Both the position numbers and the translations under genes were made by a program. Positions 49,693 through 60,327 of a stretch of DNA of 64,000 nucleotides are shown here, piece by piece. Location: the NCBI GenBank assembly GCA_041178425.1, contig JBEGVH010000009.1, positions 160,001 to 224,000 of the forward strand. Reading direction: 5' to 3'. The notes under the pieces were generated by a model. It saw only the letters and a program-made list of their open reading frames with translations, ran no database searches and was not told where the DNA came from. The stretch comes from Pseudomonadota bacterium. Lineage in GTDB: Bacteria; Bdellovibrionota; Bdellovibrionia; Bdellovibrionales; Bdellovibrionaceae. The first letter of the stretch is position 1, and each line of letters opens with the position of its first letter.

Positions 49693-51514
49693 TTAAACCC
49701 TCTATTTTCAAGCTACTCTCTCTATGATGAGCATTCCATAAATGATTGATTATTTCTTCATCGAGCGTCTCCCTCGCTAAGAGTTCCCTCGCCGCCTCTT
49801 CTATAAATTCTTCATTTTCACGAATCACGTTATTCGCCACAACCATCGCCTTTTCTAAAATGGCCTTTACTTCTAAATCAATTTCTCTTGCTGTTCCCTG
49901 ACTGATTCTCGGAGACAAGTAATCATTGCTCGGATCTAAATAAGGAGCCCGCCGAAGTTCGAAAGTCTCCAATCCCAGTGAATCACTCATACCAAATTGA
50001 ACCACCATCGACCGGGCAATGTCACTGGCCTTTGCCAGGTCATCCGCGGCGCCGGTAGAGACCGAGGTAAAAACCATCAACTCAGAGGATCTACCACCTA
50101 GGAGCACGGCAATTTTATTCATTAACTCTTTTTCATCAAGAAGATAACGATCTTCCATTGGCCGTTGTAGAGTGTAACCCAGGGCACTAAAACCCCTTGG
50201 AATGACACTGATCTTTTGCACCCGTTCAGGAACTCTCAAGGCCAGTGCAACAGTAGCATGTCCGATCTCGTGGTAGGCCACCCGCCTTTTCTCTTGAGGA
50301 CTTATCAACCTAGTCTTCTTTTCGAGCCCGGCCACGATTCTTTCTATGGCCGCGGAGAAATCCTGTTCAAAAACACTTTCGGCGTTTCTCCGAGTGGCCA
50401 CAATTGCTGCTTCATTCACCAAGTTTGCCAAATCGGCTCCACTAAAACCAGAGGTCAATGCAGCGATTTTTTTTAGATCCAGCTTAGGATCGATTTTGAC
50501 CTTCTTGGCATGCACCACTAAAATTTGAAAACGCCCCACTTGATCTGGAAGACTCAATAGAATCTGTCTATCAAAACGGCCTGCCCTCAAGAGAGCTGGA
50601 TCTAAGATTTCTGGGCGATTTGTTGCTGCTAGCATAATCACTCCCTCTGCGGAATCAAACCCATCCATTTCGGCTAACAGTTGATTGAGAGTTTGCTCTT
50701 TTTCATCGCTGGCGCCGCTACCATACCCACCAAAAGCTCTCGATTTTCCAAGTGCATCGATTTCATCGATAAACAAAATGCATGGTGCCGCTTTGCGGGC
50801 CTTTTCAAAGAGATCTCGAACTCGAGCTGCTCCCAACCCGACAAACATTTCAACAAACTCGGAACCGTTAATTGAATAAAAGGGAACTCGGGCTTCGCCT
50901 GCCACGGCTCGAGCTAATAGTGTTTTTCCAGTTCCTGGGGCTCCCACCAATAATACTCCTTTGGGGGCCCGGCCTCCAAGCCTGGTATAGCGCTTAGGAT
51001 CTTGCAGAAAATTCACAATCTCCGACAATTCTTCTCTTGCCTCGTCAATGCCTGCAACGTCATTAAAGGTTGTTTTTATCTCCGTTTCCATACTCGTCTT
51101 AGCCAGCGACTTAGTAACGGAAAGCAATCCCGTCGGAGCAGGGCCTAACCGACCCGAAATAAACTTCCAAAAGATTAAGAGCAACAATATAGGAAAAAAC
51201 CAAGACAGAAAAACCTGCCAAAACCCTTCCGCGCTTTCTGCCCGGATAGTCACCCCGTGAGCACTCAATTCATCCAGGAACTTAGCATCCTTAGGCACTA
51301 CCGATATAAAATTAGGAGCTTCTCTCCCAGAACTTTGTTTAAAGGTTCCTTGAATGCGGTCTCCTACTATAACTACTGATTCGACCGAGCCAAGCTTAAC
51401 GGAATCAAGAAACTCACTATAGGCAATGGTATTGAACACTCGCGACGAAAAAAAATAGAGATTTGCGCCATAAAGAAAAAGTATCACAAGAATAACTATA
51501 CCCCAACGTTTCAT
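49685..51514 (-). CDS. ftsH: ATP-dependent zinc metalloprotease FtsH
   Basis: Two TMs, [18 protein letters not shown]...RAGRFDR, HEIGH. GGAGG RBS before the ATG at 51514. Confidence 0.96.
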   Translation of the reverse strand: MKRWGIVILVILFLYGANLYFFSSRVFNTIAYSEFLDSVKLGSVESVVIVGDRIQGTFKQSSGREAPNFISVVPKDAKFLDELSAHGVTIRAESAEGFWQVFLSWFFPILLLLIFWKFISGRLGPAPTGLLSVTKSLAKTSMETEIKTTFNDVAGIDEAREELSEIVNFLQDPKRYTRLGGRAPKGVLLVGAPGTGKTLLARAVAGEARVPFYSINGSEFVEMFVGLGAARVRDLFEKARKAAPCILFIDEIDALGKSRAFGGYGSGASDEKEQTLNQLLAEMDGFDSAEGVIMLAATNRPEILDPALLRAGRFDRQILLSLPDQVGRFQILVVHAKKVKIDPKLDLKKIAALTSGFSGADLANLVNEAAIVATRRNAESVFEQDFSAAIERIVAGLEKKTRLISPQEKRRVAYHEIGHATVALALRVPERVQKISVIPRGFSALGYTLQRPMEDRYLLDEKELMNKIAVLLGGRSSELMVFTSVSTGAADDLAKASDIARSMVVQFGMSDSLGLETFELRRAPYLDPSNDYLSPRISQGTAREIDLEVKAILEKAMVVANNVIRENEEFIEEAARELLARETLDEEIINHLWNAHHRESSLKIEGLNA

Positions 51515-51719
51515 GAAACCTCCTGCAACCACCCTTAACACGGCTCTCTATCGCTTGAAATCGTGTGGGACATCCAAACCCAATGGGAGAGAAACCTCCC
51601 GTTCAAATTACACAGAAATCTTAGCTTTTTCTTTGCAGTCTTGGACTTCATCCGCTAGGTTTTAGGACAAATGACGCCCGAGAAAAAATTCTGTTTTTTC
51701 AATTCAGGAAGGATGACCT

Positions 51720-52799
51720 ATGTCACAAAAACTACTCGATTTAGTAAAACCCGGTGTTGCAACAGGAGATGATGTTCAAAAGATTTTTTCATTTTGCAAA
51801 AAAAATAAATGCGCTCTCCCTGCCGTCAATGTGATTAGCACAGACTCTGTGAATGCTGTTCTTGAATCGGCAGCAAAAGCCAAAGCTCCGGTTATTGTTC
51901 AATTCTCAAATGGTGGAGCTCAGTTTTTCGCAGGCAAAGGTCTCAAGCTCGAAGGTCAAAAGGCTCCTATTTTGGGCGCGGTTGCGGGAGCGCAGTACCT
52001 TCACACGGTAGCAGAACATTACGGTGTACCGGTGATTGTTCATACCGATCACGCTGCAAAAAAATTATTACCCTGGATCGATGGCCTCCTCGAAATGGGA
52101 GAACAGCAATTTGAAAAAACCGGAAAGCCGCTTTTCAGCTCTCACATGTTAGATCTATCTGAGGAGAGCCTCGAAGAAAACATTGAAACTTGCGCCAAAT
52201 ACCTCAAGCGCATGTCTAAAATGGGAATGACACTCGAAATCGAGCTAGGTTGTACCGGCGGAGAAGAGGATGGTGTCGATAATACCGGCCTCGAGAATTC
52301 CGCCCTCTACACTCAACCAGAAGATGTGGCTTACGCGTATAAGGTGTTAAGCGCGATTAGCCCCCGCTTTACTATTGCGGCCTCATTCGGAAATGTTCAC
52401 GGTGTCTATGCACCAGGAAACGTAAAACTCACACCAAAGATTTTAGAGAATTCTCAACAATTTTTATCGCAAAAGTTTGGCGTGGCCAATAATAGCCTCG
52501 ATTTTGTTTTTCACGGAGGTTCTGGTTCGAGCGCTGAGGAAATCAAAGAGTCGATCAGCTACGGCGTGGTAAAAATGAATATTGACACCGACACCCAATG
52601 GGCAACGTGGAATGGTGTGCGCGAGTATTACATTAAAAACCAAGGTTACCTACAAGGACAAATTGGCAATCCTGAGGGCGCCGACAAACCAAATAAAAAA
52701 TACTATGATCCGAGAGTATGGATACGTGCCGGACAAGCCAGCATGATTGACCGCCTAGAGCAGGCCTTCAAAGATTTAAACTCAACCAATTCGCTTTAG
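51720..52799 (+). CDS. fbaA: Class II fructose-bisphosphate aldolase (type A)
   Basis: HTDH, SSHMLDLSEE, GGEEDG, FGNVHG, VFHGGSG, KMNIDTD, YYDPR. Confidence 0.97.
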   Translation: MSQKLLDLVKPGVATGDDVQKIFSFCKKNKCALPAVNVISTDSVNAVLESAAKAKAPVIVQFSNGGAQFFAGKGLKLEGQKAPILGAVAGAQYLHTVAEHYGVPVIVHTDHAAKKLLPWIDGLLEMGEQQFEKTGKPLFSSHMLDLSEESLEENIETCAKYLKRMSKMGMTLEIELGCTGGEEDGVDNTGLENSALYTQPEDVAYAYKVLSAISPRFTIAASFGNVHGVYAPGNVKLTPKILENSQQFLSQKFGVANNSLDFVFHGGSGSSAEEIKESISYGVVKMNIDTDTQWATWNGVREYYIKNQGYLQGQIGNPEGADKPNKKYYDPRVWIRAGQASMIDRLEQAFKDLNSTNSL

Positions 52800-52819
52800 A
52801 ATTTTTTAGAATTATAAAT

Positions 52820-52850
52820 AAAAAAGGGCCGATTCCAATGGCCCTTTTTT
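52820..52850. terminator. Bidirectional terminator
   Basis: A6-GGGCC...GGCCC-T6 between convergent genes. Confidence 0.8.
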
Positions 52851-53508
52851 ATATTTGGGCCGCCTCAATTATTTTTAAGTCAGTCTCGGAAGTCATCGCT
52901 TCTTCCACCATCCTAAAGGCCAGTCGATCAATGTTAGTGGCCATTTTTTTTCTTAAGGTCAGAGGAACAAGATTTTCAATTTTTCGCATCAACCGAATGG
53001 ATTGATGCTCGAGAAATCGATACTCCGACCGATCCCCAATCAGTAATGACGGGCGAAAAATACAAGTACCAGGAATTCCAAGATGAATAACTCCGTTTTC
53101 TGCTTCACCTTTAACTCGGCTGTAGAAAATAAGTGAATCCGTCGCTGCCCCGACGGCCGAAACCATAATAAATTTCTTTGCCCCAAACGTTTTTGCCACT
53201 TTGGCAACATTAATTACACCGTCAAAGTCGATCTTTCTGAAAGCTTCCCGAGATCCAGCTTTTTTAATGGTAGTTCCTAAACAACAAAAATAAATATGTC
53301 CAGAAAAACGCTGATCTTCAGACTGAATCTCATCCACCGACGAAATGAGAATTTGTTCGATTCTTGGATCAGACACTGCGATTTCTCTTCGCGTGATTAA
53401 CTTTACCTTAGAAAACACATCTCTCGATAGAATTTCTCTTGTTAGAGCCATTCCCGTTAATCCGGTTGCACCTGCGACAACGGCGGTTTTTGCACTCATT
53501 TCCATCAA
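52849..53508 (-). CDS. NAD(P)-binding atypical SDR (YraR/TIP30-like)
   Basis: GATGLTG, CCLGTTIKKAGS, YSRVKG, RPSLL. Confidence 0.88.
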   Translation of the reverse strand: MMEMSAKTAVVAGATGLTGMALTREILSRDVFSKVKLITRREIAVSDPRIEQILISSVDEIQSEDQRFSGHIYFCCLGTTIKKAGSREAFRKIDFDGVINVAKVAKTFGAKKFIMVSAVGAATDSLIFYSRVKGEAENGVIHLGIPGTCIFRPSLLIGDRSEYRFLEHQSIRLMRKIENLVPLTLRKKMATNIDRLAFRMVEEAMTSETDLKIIEAAQI

Positions 53509-53526
53509 ACGAACTCCCTCACCATT

Positions 53527-54183
53527 TTAATTGACCTCTTTAGGGTAAACTGCTTTTGAAATTTCGTACACCCCTTTTGCAGAGCTGAATTTGATTGAAA
53601 CCCAATGTTCTAATTGTTTCTTATTTTTAGTTATTTCGTAGATTTTTCCTAACAATGAAGGGCAATCGGCTTCGGCAATTCCGCTCTCAATCCCCATCAC
53701 TGATGGGATCGGTTCAACGACCAAAGATATAGCTCTGTGCTGATCATCAAAAATGTAAAATTCGGTCCAAAATTCATCTTTCCTTAAGGCCGTGGGATTT
53801 GAATTACCTCTTGAGATTTTCGACCGGCCAGTGACTTCAGTTCTCTTATAGTGAAAGAGAAAAAGATCGCGCCCTTGGCATTTAACGTTGGTGTGCAAAA
53901 GCATAAACTGGCTAAGTTGCGATTTTTGTTTATTTTCTTTTTGCTCCACTGATCTTTTTAATTCTTCAAACTCAGATCCGTTATTCAAGCGTATTACGGA
54001 AATCGGTAGATACGCCGGAGTGCTCTCTTGAGAGATTGTGCGAGCAGCAAGCTCGGTTTCTACGGCTCGTGCCGATTGAAAGAGAAGGGCGCTCGAAAAG
54101 GGGGGAGCCTTTGCCACAAGGTATAGCCCTAACAAAAATGAACAGAGTCCTAAAAATTGAATGATGCCTGAGTATCTCAACAT
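53527..54183 (-). CDS. Hypothetical membrane-anchored protein
   Basis: 218-aa ORF with an N-terminal TM. Confidence 0.65.
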   Translation of the reverse strand: MLRYSGIIQFLGLCSFLLGLYLVAKAPPFSSALLFQSARAVETELAARTISQESTPAYLPISVIRLNNGSEFEELKRSVEQKENKQKSQLSQFMLLHTNVKCQGRDLFLFHYKRTEVTGRSKISRGNSNPTALRKDEFWTEFYIFDDQHRAISLVVEPIPSVMGIESGIAEADCPSLLGKIYEITKNKKQLEHWVSIKFSSAKGVYEISKAVYPKEVN

Positions 54184-54295
54184 GGTTTACGTTCCGATTC
54201 TGATTTAAACTTGTTATTGAATGAAGCCAGACATACAAAAATTCAGTAACAAATTCGCCTTAATTTTTATCAAGGTCAGAGATCGGGAAGCCGTT

Positions 54296-54328
54296 AAAAA
54301 AAACGGGCAGAATTTTTTACTCTGCCCG
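54296..54328 (-). terminator. Terminator of fadBA
   Basis: A-run followed by CGGGCAGA...TCTGCCCG. Confidence 0.8.
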
Positions 54329-54351
54329 CTTCACCATTTTGGAACTAACAA

Positions 54352-55551
<1,200 letters not shown>

Positions 55552-57768
55552 TTAAGCACCATAAACATCTGTGTAAAAACCTTTACCCGCCGATGCGAGT
55601 TGCTGCATTTGAGCTGTAGGCTCATAGAGCTTGCCAAGATTTTTATACTTCTCACAAAGAGTAATAAGATTTTTCAAACCGACGCTATCTGCATACTTTA
55701 GGGCGCCTCCTCGGAAAGGAGGAAAGCCGAGCCCATAGATCAAACCAAGATCGACTTCTATTGGCGAATCGACGATTTTTTCTTCGAGGCAGCGCGAACA
55801 CTCGATAATCATTGGCAACATCATCCGCTCAATAATTTCTTCGTCGGTTACCGTTTTGCTCTCAGTCATGATAGGCTTCAAAATCCCAACAACTTCAGGA
55901 TCGAGCTCTTTTTTGGGAGCCCCCTTCTTGTCGGCAACATACTTATAGAAACCAACACCATTTTTTTGTCCAAAGCGCTTGCCCTCGTACATAACCGCAA
56001 TGGCTGTTTTAAATGTAGCCTTCATTCTGTCGGGGAATGCTTCTGCTAGTACGGCATCTGCATGGTGAGCTGTATCTATTCCAACCACATCCAGAAGATA
56101 CGCTGGTCCCATTGGCCATCCAAATTTCTCCATTAATTTATCAACACGAGTAAACTCAACCCCGTCGCGTAACAGCGCCATAAAGCCAGCAAAATAAGGA
56201 AACAACACTCTGTTAACTAAGAAGCCTGGGCAGTCATTCACGACAATAGCTGTTTTTCCCATCGACGTCGCATAGGCCACAGTTGTTGCAATAGCTTTCT
56301 CACTTGATTTCTTACCACGAATGACTTCAACCAACGGCATTCGATGAACTGGATTGAAAAAGTGCATCCCACAAAAGTTCTCGGGTCTTTTTAAACCTTC
56401 AGCCAATTTGTTGATGGAAATTGTTGAGGTATTACTGGTGATAATAGCCTCTGGCTTGACGTTATTTTCGGTTTCTGTCAGCACGGCTTTTTTAATATTT
56501 TCATTTTCTACAACAGCCTCAACCACGAGATCAACATTTTTAAAATCCGCGTAGTTTAGAGTTCCTTGAATTCTTGTAAGCGTAGCTCCCATTTCAAGAG
56601 CTGACATCTTTCCACGTGAAACTTGTTTATCTAATAGCTTAGTGGCTTCGTTGTATCCAAGCTCGAGAGCTTTGGTATTAATGTCTTTCATGATGATCGG
56701 AATCTTTTTGGAAGCCGATTGGTAAGCGACCCCGCCTCCCATGATGCCGGCCCCTAAGACGGCCGTTTGATTGACTGGATTTGCTACTTTTGAAAGTTTC
56801 TTAGCCACTTTCTTTACGTACTGATCAGCTAGAAAAATACCTACCAGGCTCGAAGCCGCTGGTGTTTGAGTGACTTCCGCAAATCGTTCTGCTTCAATCT
56901 TGAGGGCGTCCTCTCTACCCAGCATGGCCCCTTTCTGCATTACTTCGATCGCAGCAACTGGCGCTGGATAATTGGGCCCCGCTTTTCCAAGCACAAATGC
57001 CTTGGCTCCTTCAAAAACCATCACCGACTCGATAGCATTTAATTTAAGTGGCGCCTTCTTTTCTGCCTGACGCGATTGCCAGGCAATTTTTCCGGTCATT
57101 GCTTGATGAAGAACCTCAAGTGCAGATTCTCGAAGATTTTCTGGCGCAACTACTGAATCAACAACACCTGTTTTTAAAGCTGTTTCAGCGTCATACTGTT
57201 CACCACCAGCAATCCATTCGATGGCATTATCAGCACCCACCATACGCGAAAGTCTTACCGTTCCACCCCAACCTGGAAAAATTCCCAATTTAGTTTCTGG
57301 AAGACCAATTTTTGCATTCGTCGTCATCACCCTGTAACTCGCTGCGAGTGTAAACTCACAACCTCCACCTAAGCAAATTCCATTAATGGCCATGACAGAA
57401 GGAATCGGAAGATCTTCAATATCCGAAAAAATCTTGTCTGTATCAAGGAGCCACTGAGTTAATTCAGCCTTAGTTTTTTTAAAATGAGTGAGAAATTCGG
57501 TGATATCAGCGCCGACTACGAAGACATCTTTTCCACTCGACGCAAGCAAACCCTTAATTTTTTTAGCACCAAGATCATTTTGAATTTTCGTAACGACCTC
57601 GCGTAGTTCCTTCAGAGTCACCGCATTGAACTTGTTAACGGAATCACTCTTTAGATCTAACCGAATCTCTGCGATTTGACCGTCTGCGATTTCATTGGCT
57701 GAATGTAGAATATATTGTACAGCCTGCCCTTCGAACATAGGAACAGACTTAGTGATCGTCAATGCCAT
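55552..57768 (-). CDS. fadB: Fatty acid oxidation complex alpha subunit
   Basis: Crotonase domain (GADI, GGGCE, GLPE, PGWGGT) plus HAD domain (GAGIMG, EAVVE, SNTS, HFFNP). Confidence 0.96.
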   Translation of the reverse strand: MALTITKSVPMFEGQAVQYILHSANEIADGQIAEIRLDLKSDSVNKFNAVTLKELREVVTKIQNDLGAKKIKGLLASSGKDVFVVGADITEFLTHFKKTKAELTQWLLDTDKIFSDIEDLPIPSVMAINGICLGGGCEFTLAASYRVMTTNAKIGLPETKLGIFPGWGGTVRLSRMVGADNAIEWIAGGEQYDAETALKTGVVDSVVAPENLRESALEVLHQAMTGKIAWQSRQAEKKAPLKLNAIESVMVFEGAKAFVLGKAGPNYPAPVAAIEVMQKGAMLGREDALKIEAERFAEVTQTPAASSLVGIFLADQYVKKVAKKLSKVANPVNQTAVLGAGIMGGGVAYQSASKKIPIIMKDINTKALELGYNEATKLLDKQVSRGKMSALEMGATLTRIQGTLNYADFKNVDLVVEAVVENENIKKAVLTETENNVKPEAIITSNTSTISINKLAEGLKRPENFCGMHFFNPVHRMPLVEVIRGKKSSEKAIATTVAYATSMGKTAIVVNDCPGFLVNRVLFPYFAGFMALLRDGVEFTRVDKLMEKFGWPMGPAYLLDVVGIDTAHHADAVLAEAFPDRMKATFKTAIAVMYEGKRFGQKNGVGFYKYVADKKGAPKKELDPEVVGILKPIMTESKTVTDEEIIERMMLPMIIECSRCLEEKIVDSPIEVDLGLIYGLGFPPFRGGALKYADSVGLKNLITLCEKYKNLGKLYEPTAQMQQLASAGKGFYTDVYGA

Positions 57769-57935
57769 ATAAAACTCCCTGTTTTGAGTCTCTATGGTAA
57801 TGCGTAGGTCTTCGGGGAGCTAGGCCGTATTTTTCGTGAAACGCAAGGCGTAAACAATTAGACTTTAGATGAGCATCATCGTATTTGGTAGAGTTTCATT
57901 GAAAAACATCCAGTTGCTCAACTTAGGTTGAGCCC

Positions 57936-57966
57936 AAAAAAAGCGCCTCTTTGAGAGACGCTTTTT
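57936..57966. terminator. Terminator downstream of the L,D-transpeptidase gene
   Basis: A7-GCGCCTCT-TTG-AGAGACGC-T5. Confidence 0.7.
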
Positions 57967-57993
57967 AATTTTCTTTAATTTTTATGTCTTTAA

Positions 57994-58788
57994 TTAATTC
58001 ACGATAATGACAGTGCTGTAACCATTGGTGTATCGACCCGTCGACTTTCCAGCCTGATATTTAGGAACGATATCGGTGCCAACTTGGCCAATCAGATGAT
58101 ATAGGCGCTGAGCACGCTTTGATTCTAATCGAACACAACCATGAGAAGCTTTTTGCTTTCCAAGTCGAGAAATGGCTCGCGGCATTTCAAATTCGTTAAA
58201 CGAATGAATTGCAATTCCCCCGTTAAAGAAAATCGTCCAATACATATCGACCAACTCATATTTACTAGACATATGAACCGGCGAGAAGGAATTCACATTA
58301 AAAGTTCCAGAGGGGGTTTCAAAACCAGGTCGTCCAGTTGATGTTTTAAAGTAAAATAGGAGGCCTGTTTTTTTAATCGAAGGCAATGCTCCTTCTCGTG
58401 CAAATACGAGGATTCGTTGGCCAGGACCATATTTAGAACTACGATTCTTATTGATAACCACAGCAATTTTAAAATCGCGATACTTAGGAAGATCTAAAGG
58501 ATTTAACAAATTCACATCTTCGAGTTCTTCTTGACTAGGATCTTCGTAGCCAGCAAAGGAGCGTTCCGGCAACTCCCAATTCACCACATCAAAGTCAAAG
58601 TCAGCACACTTTTGATTGGCATAACTGGTACGAGGGGCAGTCCGACGAACCACCGACTCACAAAGCCCGCCCATATATTCTTTAGCTTGAAGACGATCTC
58701 TAAACGTCATGCCATAATCTTGGTAATCGGCCTGAGCAAACACGGTAAATGCGAGGGTGATGATTGTTATTGCTGATTGTAGTTTCAT
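57994..58788 (-). CDS. Secreted L,D-transpeptidase (YkuD family)
   Basis: Signal peptide, STGRPGFETPSG, GIAIH, ASHGCVRL, AAGGAG RBS. Confidence 0.9.
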   Translation of the reverse strand: MKLQSAITIITLAFTVFAQADYQDYGMTFRDRLQAKEYMGGLCESVVRRTAPRTSYANQKCADFDFDVVNWELPERSFAGYEDPSQEELEDVNLLNPLDLPKYRDFKIAVVINKNRSSKYGPGQRILVFAREGALPSIKKTGLLFYFKTSTGRPGFETPSGTFNVNSFSPVHMSSKYELVDMYWTIFFNGGIAIHSFNEFEMPRAISRLGKQKASHGCVRLESKRAQRLYHLIGQVGTDIVPKYQAGKSTGRYTNGYSTVIIVN

Positions 58789-58819
58789 CGGAACTCCTTG
58801 GATAGTTGGTGTCCCTAAG

Positions 58820-58835
58820 AGCAAATAGCATTCCA
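58820..58835 (-). promoter_or_regulatory. Sigma54 promoter
   Basis: Minus strand reads TGGAAT-GCTAT-TTGCT (GG-N10-GC), 32 nt before the ATG. Confidence 0.6.
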
Positions 58836-59136
58836 AATAAACAGTTTTAGTATAGATATCGAGACCTCTGTTATTCTCAATAGTTACGCTCGCAACCCAG
58901 AGCTATAAATTGGCGGCGCCCCTATGAAGACGCCTTAATTGGGAATTGAGCCTGAATAATTTACCACTCTTTCAATGGTAAGCACTCGAAAGGCTTATGT
59001 TTCTTTTTGTCAATGCTTCACCTTGGGACCCACCCTTGGTGAACGCCACAAAAACCTTTACAATAAAGGATGAGCGGACGATTTGGAAATTTAATTTTAA
59101 TTTTTGGTGACTCAAGAAGGGACACACAAAGGCTTT

Positions 59137-60090
59137 ATGATTAGGATAAACATCGTCACTATCGCCATCCTGCTCCTGGTTACCGGAGCGACTTTAGATT
59201 TTCATCAAGTCGCTATAGATCGTCCACTTTTTGGAACTCTCAGAAAGAGCGAAAAGGTTAAATCGATCTTAGAGCAACTAAGTTATCATCGGCGACAGAA
59301 TCTCATTGCCCAACTCGATGGAGATATGGGTGATACCCTGCAGAGGACGGGCTCCTATTATACCTTATTGAGTTATCTCGGGGTCGAAAAAGATGACCTC
59401 GAAAGGCCATTGAGACAAGGTTTTGAAAATGACCTTAAAGAACTGATGGTCGAACCAGGCTACTATCGACGTTCAAACGACTTGAAGCACTGGAGCGGCG
59501 ATCCACAAAATTGTAGCAGAGACCAAATGATCTCTCTTCAAACTGCCATCGTAACCACTAGGGACATTAATCGTGGAAGAGAGATTTTTATGGCTTTTGC
59601 CAAACGAGGGTTCTTCAACCAGAATATCCGTCATAACGATACTCTCCCTGGAGACGCCAAGTACGCCTGGAAAATTCCCGATCCACCATCTCCCATGCAA
59701 TTGTCTCTGATGTTGCGAGGTCTAGGAACTTGGACCGTATACCCCATGGTTTTTGTATTAGATACGGCACTGATGTTCGACGTGACTGTTTTTAGAAGAC
59801 TCAACTCAAGAGAACTTTGGGATTCGGATATTAAAAATCTTCCCATCTTGATAGCGGCGAATTCTTATTTGCCAACCCCCTGGTCTGCTATTGCCATTGA
59901 GTTGTATATCGAACAACACCGCGACATCGAACGACGAGTTAACTATTACAATGACCCCTCCAACAATGGCATTCCGCCCCTAGCAAAAATCTATTCTCTT
60001 GCCATAGAAGAACTTGCCCAACCAAACACGATAGAACCACACTCAGAGCTTGCTCATGATCGGCGCCCGGCGAGCCACCCCTTTGAATAA
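59137..60090 (+). CDS. Hypothetical exported helical protein (C-terminal RRPAS)
   Basis: N-terminal hydrophobic segment, DGDMGDT and CSRDQ motifs. Confidence 0.7.
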   Translation: MIRINIVTIAILLLVTGATLDFHQVAIDRPLFGTLRKSEKVKSILEQLSYHRRQNLIAQLDGDMGDTLQRTGSYYTLLSYLGVEKDDLERPLRQGFENDLKELMVEPGYYRRSNDLKHWSGDPQNCSRDQMISLQTAIVTTRDINRGREIFMAFAKRGFFNQNIRHNDTLPGDAKYAWKIPDPPSPMQLSLMLRGLGTWTVYPMVFVLDTALMFDVTVFRRLNSRELWDSDIKNLPILIAANSYLPTPWSAIAIELYIEQHRDIERRVNYYNDPSNNGIPPLAKIYSLAIEELAQPNTIEPHSELAHDRRPASHPFE

Positions 60091-60263
60091 ATCCAGTCCA
60101 TCGAAGTTCGTGACGGGAGTCTGCCGTTTAAACTTCTGTGTCTACCAAATTTTGTCAGAATTCTTTTTGCAAACTGCTTGTCTCATTTTCGATCTATGAA
60201 AAAGAAATAAACTACTTTTCATTTTTTGATTTTTTCAATCATCTCAAATTGAAACAGTTTATT

Positions 60264-60279
60264 AGGCACTCTGTTTGCT
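60264..60279 (+). promoter_or_regulatory. Sigma54 promoter
   Basis: AGGCAC-TCTGT-TTGCT (GG-N10-GC) upstream of the protease gene. Confidence 0.7.
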
Positions 60280-60327
60280 CCTGTCTTTTCCTGACAACGC
60301 CGCTCCGGCAAAACAAGAAGGGGTCGA

